DNA from: Atopostipes sp.
Lineage (GTDB): Bacteria > Bacillota > Bacilli > Lactobacillales > Carnobacteriaceae_A
Length of the DNA stretch: 56,543 nt
Direction: 5' to 3'
Assembly (NCBI GenBank): GCA_043425375.1
Contig: JBHWQC010000016.1
Coordinates: 1-56,543, forward strand
The notes beneath the pieces are model-generated. The model was not told where the DNA came from. It made no database searches and saw only the letters and a program-made list of their open reading frames with translations. Positions 20,696 to 29,699 of the stretch are shown here, piece by piece (positions within the stretch are counted from its first letter, which is position 1; every line of letters begins with the position of its first letter). Both the position numbers and the translations under genes were made by a program.

Positions 20696-22090
20696 ATGAG
20701 CAGTCGACAGGAATACTTTGCAAGGCTTCGAGACAAACAGCGACAATACAGCCTAAAAGCAGCAAATAAAGGAGTGGTCTATCGCCAACAACTTTTAAGC
20801 CAATTAAAACGCCTCCTTGAAGAAAATAACCAGGCTTGGCTGTCAGCATTAAAAAGCGATTTACACAAGCCAGCCGTGGAAGCCTATGCGTCTGAGTTAG
20901 GTGTGTTACTCAATGAAATCGAAGACGTCCAAAAGAACCTTTCAGATTGGCTGACTCCTGAAACCAAAACGCGGATGCTTTTAACAGGGCTGGAACAAGT
21001 GACAATATCCCGCCGTCCTTATGGGAGTGTGCTGGTGATTGCCCCTTGGAATTATCCGCTGCAGCTGGCTTTAATGCCAGTTATTGGCGCCTTGGCAGCT
21101 GGCAATAGCATTGTGTTAAAGCCTTCTGAGTTTGCGCCGGCAGTCAGCCGTTTGCTTGCTGAATTGGTTCCACAGTATTTTGACAAAGAACAGATAGCGG
21201 TTGTGGAAGGGGATGCCCACGTGGCTGAAGAATTGACAGCAGAGGCATGGGATTTTATCTTTTTCACTGGCAGTCCACACACTGGACAAAAAGTGTATGA
21301 GGCGGCTGCCAAGCATCTCACCCCAGTCTTGTTGGAATTAGGCGGGAAAAATCCATGTATTCTGGATGAGACGGGCTTCACAGCGGAAGCTGTTCGAGCA
21401 ATTGCATGGGGAAAATTTCTAAATGCCGGACAGAGCTGTATTGCACCGGATACAGTGTATGTGTCCCGAGCGATTTATCAAGCATTTATCGAGCAAATGG
21501 CCACACAAGTTGAAAAATTTTATGGAAAGAATCCGTCTCAATCGGAAGATTTTGGGCGGATGATTCATGAAAAACACTTCAAAAAAGTTGCCTCCTTCTT
21601 AAAAGACGGGAGAGTTGTATATGGCGGCGCGATTTCGAAAGAAGAGTTATATATTAGTCCAACACTTTTAGTCGATATCAAATCAGATAGTGCGGCAGCA
21701 ACAGAAGAGATTTTTGGTCCTGTTTTACCTGTGGTGCCTTATGATGATTTGACTGCTTTAATAGATGAGTTGAGCCTTTTATCTACGCCTTTGGTGATGT
21801 ATGTGTATAGCAAAAACAAACAAGTCGTGGAACAAATCGATCAGCGACTTGAAAGTGGTGCCCTTAGTCAAAACCAAGTCATTTTACACAGCACTAGTCC
21901 AAATCTTTCATTTGGCGGTAAAGGGGCAAGTGGAATAGGGCGATACCATGGCAAAGCCAGTGTTCAAGCGATGAGTTATGAAAAATCGCGCTATACAAAG
22001 AACACCTTGATGTCGTTTTCTAGTCAGTATCCACCCTATACAAAAAAAGCACTGGCAGCTTTACGTACATTTAGAAAGCATCTTTTTTAA
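20696..22090 (+). CDS. aldH: Aldehyde dehydrogenase, likely a diapocarotenoid-aldehyde dehydrogenase (AldH/CrtNc role)
   Basis: PWNYP, FTGS, LELGGKNP, NAGQSC and EEIFGP motifs; located inside the crt operon. Confidence 0.8.
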   Translation: MSSRQEYFARLRDKQRQYSLKAANKGVVYRQQLLSQLKRLLEENNQAWLSALKSDLHKPAVEAYASELGVLLNEIEDVQKNLSDWLTPETKTRMLLTGLEQVTISRRPYGSVLVIAPWNYPLQLALMPVIGALAAGNSIVLKPSEFAPAVSRLLAELVPQYFDKEQIAVVEGDAHVAEELTAEAWDFIFFTGSPHTGQKVYEAAAKHLTPVLLELGGKNPCILDETGFTAEAVRAIAWGKFLNAGQSCIAPDTVYVSRAIYQAFIEQMATQVEKFYGKNPSQSEDFGRMIHEKHFKKVASFLKDGRVVYGGAISKEELYISPTLLVDIKSDSAAATEEIFGPVLPVVPYDDLTALIDELSLLSTPLVMYVYSKNKQVVEQIDQRLESGALSQNQVILHSTSPNLSFGGKGASGIGRYHGKASVQAMSYEKSRYTKNTLMSFSSQYPPYTKKALAALRTFRKHLF

Positions 22091-22101
22091 GGAGGTCCTA
22101 T

Positions 22102-23241
22102 GTGGTTACTTTTTATGGGGTATTTACTTTTTTAGCGATAATCAGCGGCTTATTTATTTTGTGGAAGGTCCCTCTTATTCCGCCTGGAGAGGATCAAAGG
22201 AAAATAAATAAAAAGATTTCAATTATTGTCCCTGCCCGAAATGAAGAACAGAACTTACCCATTTTACTGCAATCCCTTCAAAAGCAGACGCTGAAGCCTT
22301 TTGAGATTCTTGTGGTAGACGATGCTTCTGAAGATCAAACGGTGGCTGTGGCGAAAGAATATGAGGCGCGTGTGGTTCACTTCCCAAAAGATGAAACGGA
22401 TTGGGTCGGGAAAGCAGCGGCTTGCTATCACGGCGCTAAAGCAGCCAGCGGGGAATGGTTTTTATTTTTAGATGCGGATGTGTTTCTTTCAAGAAATGAA
22501 AGCCTAGAAGAGATTGCAACCACTTTTGGCGCAAGAAACCAACCAAGCGCACTATCCATACAGCCTTACCATGTGGTAAAAGAAGGGTATGAAAATCTGT
22601 CACTGGTCTTTAATCTGTTAGTTCTTGCGGGCATGAACCGTTTTTCCATATTAAAAGAGCAACTCCAACCGGCGGGTGCTTTTGGACCGTCGCTGTTGAT
22701 TGAACGGCAAACATATTTTGAACAGGGAGGCCATAAACGCGTACGGGGTTCGATGATGGAAAATATAGATTTAGGAAACATGCTTTTAAACGCCGGGGTG
22801 CCGGTTGACTTGTATGGTGGTAAATCGAGCCTACACTTTCGAATGTATCCAGAAGGGTATCATAGTTTAGCGGAGGGCTGGTCGAAAAGTTTTGTGTCAG
22901 GATCTAAAGCCACCCATCCTTTCATTTTACTCGGAACGAGTTTATGGATCGCCGGGGCCTTTGTTCCTTTGTCCTTCTTATTAGCTGTTGTGGTTACAGG
23001 CAGCTGCAGCTGGGAGCTCATTCTTCTCGCCCTGTTAGGTTATCTTCTCTACTATGTTCAATTGCTGAGGATGACGCAGGCTGCGGGGAACTTTCATCGG
23101 GGAGTTCTCTTTTTCTATCCGGTCTTATTTTTGTATTTTGTCTTTTTATTTGCTTGGTCGGCCATTCAAACGCATGTCTTTAAACGGGTGTCTTGGAAGG
23201 GCCGTGAAATAAATATGAAGGGGGAAGCGGATGGAAAGTGA
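22102..23241 (+). CDS. crtQ: GT2 glycosyltransferase, 4,4'-diaponeurosporenoate glycosyltransferase-like
   Basis: ISIIVPARNEE, VVDDAS, GKAAAC, FLDAD, FRMY and VSWKGR motifs; lies between crtP/aldH and crtO. Confidence 0.85.
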   Translation: MVTFYGVFTFLAIISGLFILWKVPLIPPGEDQRKINKKISIIVPARNEEQNLPILLQSLQKQTLKPFEILVVDDASEDQTVAVAKEYEARVVHFPKDETDWVGKAAACYHGAKAASGEWFLFLDADVFLSRNESLEEIATTFGARNQPSALSIQPYHVVKEGYENLSLVFNLLVLAGMNRFSILKEQLQPAGAFGPSLLIERQTYFEQGGHKRVRGSMMENIDLGNMLLNAGVPVDLYGGKSSLHFRMYPEGYHSLAEGWSKSFVSGSKATHPFILLGTSLWIAGAFVPLSFLLAVVVTGSCSWELILLALLGYLLYYVQLLRMTQAAGNFHRGVLFFYPVLFLYFVFLFAWSAIQTHVFKRVSWKGREINMKGEADGK

Positions 23242-23731
23242 GGGCTCGCTTTTGTGGTTAGTGCTAGTAGACATTCTGGCCTGGTTTATTCTTCATCTAG
23301 GAATTGCCTGGTTGATGGGTCAAATTCCGGATACCTGGTTTGCAGGTAAAGAAAGAGGATTCCGCCCGCAAAGTTGGGAGAAAGAGGGAGAAATCTGGCA
23401 AGACCTTTTTGGAGTTCGCCAATGGAAAAAGTATTTACCAGATGGATCCATGTTTCTCCCGTCCTCTTATGACCAAACGAATTTACAAGGCTCAGAAGAG
23501 GAACATCTCGAGAAGTTTATTCTTGAAACTAAACGGGCAGAATTGACACATTGGCTAATGATTCCGCCAGCCTGTCTTTTCTTTTGGTGGAACCCCCCAT
23601 GGGCAGGAATCCTCATGATTATCTATGCTTTAGGCTTAAACCTTCCTTTAATTATAGCCCAACGGTACAATCGCCCGCGGTTAAAGCGAATCTTACACTT
23701 GCAAAAAAGACGCAAAAAGAAAAACGAGTAA
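23231..23731 (+). CDS. crtO: Glycosyl-4,4'-diaponeurosporenoate acyltransferase
   Basis: WKKYLPDG, ETKRAELTHW and IIAQRYNRPRL motifs; 166 aa. Confidence 0.9.
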   Translation: MESEGSLLWLVLVDILAWFILHLGIAWLMGQIPDTWFAGKERGFRPQSWEKEGEIWQDLFGVRQWKKYLPDGSMFLPSSYDQTNLQGSEEEHLEKFILETKRAELTHWLMIPPACLFFWWNPPWAGILMIIYALGLNLPLIIAQRYNRPRLKRILHLQKRRKKKNE

Positions 23732-23756
23732 GCCATTAAAGGCGTACTCGTTTTTC
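23719..23756. terminator. Bidirectional terminator overlapping the crtO stop
   Basis: gaaaaacgagta / tactcgtttttc inverted repeat. Confidence 0.75.
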
Positions 23757-23763
23757 AATTGGT

Positions 23764-26658
23764 TTAATAAAGAGTGTACACTTCATTAAACAGTGCTTTT
23801 TCTTTTTCGATGTCTGATTTGTTTCCGATGACAACTACAGTATACTCGTCAAGGGCCTCTCGGAAGTTAGCCGCCAATTGACGAAAATCTTTCGATTCGG
23901 CAGCTAAAATTTCTTCTTTTAATGTCTCAATATCTTGGGCAGTCAGTCCGCTTTTTAGACGGTTCAATGCGGTCAAGCCTTTGCTGGCTGCCGATTTCGG
24001 CTGTTCCAGAGGACTCATCGTCCCGATAATGTATTTTGTCAATTCTTCTTCAGGCACTTGTAAGTCTTCAATATAATCCGGCAAGGCCTTGTAAACGTCT
24101 AACGTTTTTTGAAGATTTGGATCCCGGTAAGAACTTAAAGCTAAGTTGCCATTTCGACGGTGGACGTATAAAGAGCCATATGCGCCGCCTTTTACTCGAA
24201 TTTCATTCCATAAATAATCATAACGAATGGCGCTGGCTAGTACTTTGGCAGCTCCTGTATAATCCAGAACGTTTTTTGCATCCGCACCAAGTCCTACATA
24301 ATTGACATCCTGCGCTGTAATAAAAGCCTCATTTTGTTTTTTAGCCGGTTGAATGGCGACTGACTCACCTAAAGCTTCGTTTGGCAAGTTCGCAAATGCA
24401 GTTTGCAATTGTTCTTTCACCGTCTCGGCCCGTTCTTTTTCTCCAATGTACAAAACGTTCAGACGCTTTTTATTCATTAACCGCTTGAGTGTATCTGCTA
24501 ATTGCGAAGTCAAGTCCGAAGATTCCTCTGCGGTCAAAGCTTTGCGGTTTTCTTTGAGGTAATTGAACTGGTCTATCCCCGTCGAAAGCTCACTCAAATG
24601 AGAAACAGGACGCACTTGACTGACGGCACGATTGGCCGCTAAAACATGTGAACTATGGTTGATTGAACCTTCAAAACCAGAAATTAAGCGCTGGGTAATG
24701 TTTAAAATTTCGCTCTGATCCTCAAACTGCGTGCTCGTTAAAATTTCTTTCATCAACTCAATCAGTTTTTCAAGCGAATGATCGAGCGCTTTACCCGCTA
24801 AAACAAAATAAGGGGCAAGGTCACCTTCTTGGTTTTCATAAATAGTGATTCGACCAAAAATGCCGCCTGTATGTGTATCGATTTCTGTTTGCAGCTTGGC
24901 CACATCATAGGAATCTGTCTCTAAATGAGAAAGCAACTTACTTAAGTAGCCTAAGGTTTTGTAGTCTTCGGCCTGAAAATCACTGATGTCCACATACAAG
25001 CGAATGTAATCAATCCCCGCTGTGAACTGTTCGGCATGGTAAAAGTCCGTTTGTTCAAAAAAATCAGAAACTTCGATGGGGTACTCTTCTACCGCTGTAT
25101 TCAAATCCGCACGAGTCAGCGTCGGAATTTTTGCTAAATCTTCCGGTCGATCCGGTGTGTCTTGCCGCTCCACCAATTGCTGTGTTTCTTCAACTAGAGT
25201 GTCTAGCTCTTCTTCTGACAGACTGGCTTTGTACGTTTGTAATTCTTGATGCGTTTCTTCTTCAATTCGATCATTTTTACCCGGCTCCGCTTTTAGTGAT
25301 ATGTCTACTCGAAAGGGGTTATGAAGGAGCTTCTCTTTAATCAGTGTTTCAAAATACCCATCATGGGCGATATCCGCCAACTTCTCAAGATATTTCGAGA
25401 ACTCTAAATTCACATAAGGATTTTCCCCATATAACCAAGTACTCAAGGCCGTGATCGCATATAAAACACCGCGCGGATTGTCTTCTGAAATGGCTGCTTC
25501 TTTCGTATCGAAAGTGATTTTATTCAAAGCGGCATCAATTAATTCCTGATCCAGTCCTTTAAGGACAAGTTTTTCCAAGGTTTCTTGGATAATAGTTTTA
25601 AACTCTTTCATCTTTTCCACACTGGAATATTTGGCCGTGACTGTAAAGGCGGTTGGAAAACCAAATTCATCGGTTCCGCCGCTAATATCGCCGCCAATAT
25701 CCGCATCCAAGAGCGCTTTTTTCAAAGGCGACTGGTTGTTTCCAAGCAAAATTTCCTCCAGCACCTTGAGTCCGTACCCGTCAAGCGTATCTTCTGGTTC
25801 AGCCACATGCCAACCCACCGCTAAATAATCCTTATCTGCTGGATCATCACCGGCTGTGATGGAATATGTATCTTTATAAGAAGTCGTTTCAGGAATCAAT
25901 ACCTCAAACTCGACCTCAATCTCTTCTTCCAACTTTCCTTTGCCAGCAAAATACGTTTCTAAATCCGCCAAAGCTTCATCTAAATCTAAATCTCCATATA
26001 AAACAGTAAAAGAATTGGAGGGGTGGTAGTATTTCTCGTGGTAAGCGATAAACTCTTCTTGCGTTAAGCTGGGAATCGCTGCTGGGTCACCCCCGGATTC
26101 AAAGCGGTAAATACTGTTTGGATATAACAGACTTGAGATTTGCTGATAGAGCTGTCGTTCAGGTGAACCAAAGGCGCCTTTCATTTCATTATAAACCACG
26201 CCTTTATAGATGAGGTCATCGTCCTTGTCTTCTAGATGATAGTGCCAGCCTTCTTGGGCTAAGATTTGTGGATTCTCCGTAAATAACGGTTGGAACACCG
26301 CATCCAAATACACGCCCATTAAGTGTTTGAAATCTTTTTGATTGGTGGAGGCTACTGGATACAAGGTTTTATCCGAAAACGTCATCGCATTGACGAAGGT
26401 GTTTAAAGATCCTTTGATCAATTCTACAAATGGTTCTTTGGAAGGATACTTCTTGGAACCATTTAAGACCGAGTGCTCTAAAATATGGGCAATCCCATTA
26501 TCATTGTACGGTGGTGTTTTAAAACCAATACTAAAAGCTTTATTTGCATCATCATTTTTTAAATATAACACTTGTGCGCCCGTTTCTTCATGTGCATACA
26601 AAAAACCGGTCGATTGGATATCTGGTAAATCATGTGTTTCTATTTTTGTAAACGCCAT
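23764..26658 (-). CDS. M16C (presequence protease/insulinase-like) zinc peptidase
   Basis: Inverted zinc motif HILEH; NAMTFSDKT, GVVYNEMKG, IRVKGGAYG and SYRDP; 964 aa. Confidence 0.93.
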   Translation of the reverse strand: MAFTKIETHDLPDIQSTGFLYAHEETGAQVLYLKNDDANKAFSIGFKTPPYNDNGIAHILEHSVLNGSKKYPSKEPFVELIKGSLNTFVNAMTFSDKTLYPVASTNQKDFKHLMGVYLDAVFQPLFTENPQILAQEGWHYHLEDKDDDLIYKGVVYNEMKGAFGSPERQLYQQISSLLYPNSIYRFESGGDPAAIPSLTQEEFIAYHEKYYHPSNSFTVLYGDLDLDEALADLETYFAGKGKLEEEIEVEFEVLIPETTSYKDTYSITAGDDPADKDYLAVGWHVAEPEDTLDGYGLKVLEEILLGNNQSPLKKALLDADIGGDISGGTDEFGFPTAFTVTAKYSSVEKMKEFKTIIQETLEKLVLKGLDQELIDAALNKITFDTKEAAISEDNPRGVLYAITALSTWLYGENPYVNLEFSKYLEKLADIAHDGYFETLIKEKLLHNPFRVDISLKAEPGKNDRIEEETHQELQTYKASLSEEELDTLVEETQQLVERQDTPDRPEDLAKIPTLTRADLNTAVEEYPIEVSDFFEQTDFYHAEQFTAGIDYIRLYVDISDFQAEDYKTLGYLSKLLSHLETDSYDVAKLQTEIDTHTGGIFGRITIYENQEGDLAPYFVLAGKALDHSLEKLIELMKEILTSTQFEDQSEILNITQRLISGFEGSINHSSHVLAANRAVSQVRPVSHLSELSTGIDQFNYLKENRKALTAEESSDLTSQLADTLKRLMNKKRLNVLYIGEKERAETVKEQLQTAFANLPNEALGESVAIQPAKKQNEAFITAQDVNYVGLGADAKNVLDYTGAAKVLASAIRYDYLWNEIRVKGGAYGSLYVHRRNGNLALSSYRDPNLQKTLDVYKALPDYIEDLQVPEEELTKYIIGTMSPLEQPKSAASKGLTALNRLKSGLTAQDIETLKEEILAAESKDFRQLAANFREALDEYTVVVIGNKSDIEKEKALFNEVYTLY

Positions 26659-26883
26659 AACAATCTTCCCTTCATTCTAAAATCGTTCCTCTTCATTTTC
26701 CCACAAAAAGGAAAAACTTGCATTTAAGTCATCACTTTCTTATAAAAAAGATTCCCCTCACCTAAAAAGGGCCATTTAAACTCTAAAGGATGAATTCTGT
26801 TATCGACTTTCAGAATATGATAAAATAAAAGGGCAAGAAGTAACAAGGAAATCAGATGTATCACGAAATTGGAGTGACTCTTA

Positions 26884-27612
26884 TTGAAAATTTTAGCTTT
26901 TGATTCTTCAAACACACCATTAACGGTTGGGATCATTGAAAACAATCACCTACTCACTGAACAAACGATTAATATTAAAAGGAACCACAGCATTCAATTG
27001 ATGCCTGCTATTGATGAAGCCTTAAAACAGGCAGATTTGACGATTCAAGACATTGATCGGATTGCCGTCGCCTCAGGACCAGGTTCTTACACAGGTTTGC
27101 GCATCGCTGTTACAGTAGCAAAAACCTTGGCGTGGGCACGCGATATCGAATTGGTGGGCATCTCCAGCTTGAAAGTCCTTGCTGCCAGCAGTTACGGCAA
27201 AGAGGATACAAAAATCGTTCCGATAGTTGATGCCAGACGAAAAAATATCTACACTGGAATTTATATGCGGGATGAGACCAATCAATTGGTGCAAGTAGAA
27301 TCAGACACTCATATTGCTTCTGAAAAATGGGCGGCTTATTTAGAAAGCTTGGACGGAAATTTTGAGTTAATCGGTCAAGATGCCAAAGTCTTTTATGAGC
27401 TGTTTAAAGAAGTGCTTGGAGAGCGGGTTCGTCTAGCTGCTCCCGAACAGAACCTTCCACGAGCAAGCAATTTAGCTCTGTTAGCCGCAAGTAAAGATCC
27501 AACGCCCATTCATCAATTTACGCCAACCTATTTAAAATTAGCAGAAGCTGAAGAAAATTGGCTACAAGAAAATCCTGACTTTGAAGGAGAGGATTGGGTT
27601 GAAAAAGTTTAA
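26884..27612 (+). CDS. tsaB: tRNA t6A biosynthesis protein TsaB
   Basis: ILAFDSS, HSIQLMP, GPGSYTGLRI and DARR motifs. Confidence 0.96.
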   Translation: MKILAFDSSNTPLTVGIIENNHLLTEQTINIKRNHSIQLMPAIDEALKQADLTIQDIDRIAVASGPGSYTGLRIAVTVAKTLAWARDIELVGISSLKVLAASSYGKEDTKIVPIVDARRKNIYTGIYMRDETNQLVQVESDTHIASEKWAAYLESLDGNFELIGQDAKVFYELFKEVLGERVRLAAPEQNLPRASNLALLAASKDPTPIHQFTPTYLKLAEAEENWLQENPDFEGEDWVEKV

Positions 27613-28183
27613 AAAATGGGTGGCGGAGAAAAAAGAGGAGATGGATACTATGTTATATCCTCCATTAATTAATCAGTCGATGCTCAAACACACATCATAT
27701 CCTTTGAAAAATGGCCGAAGGATTGACTTAAGCCTTGCCAATGTCATGGATTTAGAAGATATTGTTGCGATTCAAGAAGCATGCTACGACGGAGAAGCCC
27801 CTTGGGGTCGAGTGGCGGTCAACAGTGAATTGCGCAATAAACGATCCTCCTTCTTTTTGATGGGCCATGATGAAGAGATTGCAGTCGCCTTTATTGGCAT
27901 CTCGATGCGACGAGACAACTTTCATGTCACAAATATCGCCACCCGACCTGAATACCAAAACCAAGGAATTGGTTCCTATTTAATCCAAACCGTATTGGAC
28001 TTGGCTCGACAATTAGACAAGAAACGGCTGACCCTTGAAGTACGTGTATCCAATGAGACGGCTAAAAGCTTGTACCGCACCCTTGGCTTTCAAGACGGGC
28101 CCATCAAGAAAAATTATTACCATAACAACGGCGAAGATGCCTTGGATATGGTGTATTTAATTGAAGAAATGGATGAGTCGTGA
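27581..28183 (+). CDS. rimI: RimI-like N-acetyltransferase
   Basis: HVTNIA, LEVRVSN, LYRTLGF and YYHNNGEDA motifs; start codon uncertain. Confidence 0.85.
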   Translation: MKERIGLKKFKKWVAEKKEEMDTMLYPPLINQSMLKHTSYPLKNGRRIDLSLANVMDLEDIVAIQEACYDGEAPWGRVAVNSELRNKRSSFFLMGHDEEIAVAFIGISMRRDNFHVTNIATRPEYQNQGIGSYLIQTVLDLARQLDKKRLTLEVRVSNETAKSLYRTLGFQDGPIKKNYYHNNGEDALDMVYLIEEMDES

Positions 28184-28676
28184 AATGGAAGAACCTTTAT
28201 TAAACGGCATTGAAATTAAACGATTCAAACAAGCAGAAGCGAATCAAAAAGCCGCTCATGCATTCTATGAGGTAGCAGACGCCGGTTTTTCGGCAGGTTC
28301 GCCTTGGCAAGCTGAAAGTGTCTATCAATCACTAGCCTCAGACAGTACAACCGTCTTTTACGCCCAGTTAAAAGAAGAGATCATCGGTTTTGTGGTGGCG
28401 GCAGAGACCCCCTATATGTTGGATATCTATATGGTAGTGGTGGATAAAGCCCATCAAAATAAAAAGATTGGTCGTTTTTTATTGCAAGCTTTGCTTCAAT
28501 ACGCCAAAGAGAAAAAGATTCCAGAAATCATTTTAGAGACAAGAAAGTCAAATCACCTGGCTATTGCCCTTTATGAGCGTGTCGGTTTCAAAAAAATCAG
28601 TGAGCGAAAAGCTTATTACAGCAGCCCGATAGAGGATGCGGTGGTGATGAAACGAGAAATTGGAAAGGAACATTGA
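28161..28676 (+). CDS. rimI: Second RimI-like N-acetyltransferase
   Basis: LETRKSN, LYERVGF and RKAYYSSPIEDA motifs; start may be a few codons downstream. Confidence 0.8.
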   Translation: MKKWMSREMEEPLLNGIEIKRFKQAEANQKAAHAFYEVADAGFSAGSPWQAESVYQSLASDSTTVFYAQLKEEIIGFVVAAETPYMLDIYMVVVDKAHQNKKIGRFLLQALLQYAKEKKIPEIILETRKSNHLAIALYERVGFKKISERKAYYSSPIEDAVVMKREIGKEH

Positions 28677-28679
28677 TGA

Positions 28680-29681
28680 ATGAAAATATTGTCGATTGAA
28701 ACAAGTTGTGATGAAACAAGCGCTGCAGTCATTGAAGATGGAGAAAAAATACTTTCAAATGTGGTAGCTTCCCAAATTAACAGCCATAAACGTTTTGGCG
28801 GCGTCGTACCTGAAATCGCTAGTCGCCATCATGTAGAATACATTACCTTTATTATTGAAGAAGCGATGGCCGAAGCCCATACAAGCTTTGAAGATTTGGA
28901 TGCTGTGGCTGTCACGGAAGGGCCCGGTTTAGTAGGCGCCTTGTTGATTGGTGTCAACGCTGCTAAAGCCATTGCCTATGCTCACGATTTGCCATTAATC
29001 CCAGTCAATCATATTGCCGGCCATATCTATGCCAACCAACTGATTGAGCCCTTGGAGTTTCCATTGCTTGCCTTGGTTGTCAGCGGCGGGCATACAGAAC
29101 TTGTATATATGAAAGAACATGGCGATTTTGAAATTATTGGGGAAACGCGGGATGATGCCGCGGGTGAAGCTTATGATAAAATTGGCCGCATCATCAATGT
29201 GCCTTATCCAGGTGGTAAGCATATTGATGAAATGGCGCAACTCGGAGAAGATACCTTTCATTTTCCGCGTGCTATGATGGATGAAGACAATTATGATTTT
29301 AGTTTCAGCGGGCTGAAGTCGGCTTTTATTAATACAGTCCATAATGCCAAGCAGAAAGGAGAAACACTCGATCGCAACGATTTAGCGACAAGTTTCCAAC
29401 ACGCCGTAGTGGAGGTGTTAGTCTCTAAAACCATTCGTGCAGCGAAAGAATATGAGGTCAAACAGATTATTTTAGCTGGGGGAGTTGCTGCCAATACTGG
29501 TCTAAGAAAAGGTTTAGCGGAAGCAGTCGAAAAAGAATTTTCGGATGTTGATTTAGTCATTCCACCCTTATCGCTTTGCGGGGATAATGCGGCAATGATT
29601 GGTGCAGCCGCTTTTTTAGATGCTGAAACTGACAAAGAGACAAACCTTGCGTTGAATGCCCATCCTGGTTTAACCCTATAA
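28680..29681 (+). CDS. tsaD: tRNA N6-threonylcarbamoyltransferase TsaD
   Basis: [30 protein letters not shown] and DNAAMI motifs. Confidence 0.98.
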   Translation: MKILSIETSCDETSAAVIEDGEKILSNVVASQINSHKRFGGVVPEIASRHHVEYITFIIEEAMAEAHTSFEDLDAVAVTEGPGLVGALLIGVNAAKAIAYAHDLPLIPVNHIAGHIYANQLIEPLEFPLLALVVSGGHTELVYMKEHGDFEIIGETRDDAAGEAYDKIGRIINVPYPGGKHIDEMAQLGEDTFHFPRAMMDEDNYDFSFSGLKSAFINTVHNAKQKGETLDRNDLATSFQHAVVEVLVSKTIRAAKEYEVKQIILAGGVAANTGLRKGLAEAVEKEFSDVDLVIPPLSLCGDNAAMIGAAAFLDAETDKETNLALNAHPGLTL

Positions 29682-29699
29682 AATTGAGGAGCGAAGCCC

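Noticed and set aside
27581..28676. Tandem rimI-like genes as a novelty
   Set aside because: Two RimI-like genes between tsaB and tsaD is an arrangement I recall from enterococci and relatives; not unusual.
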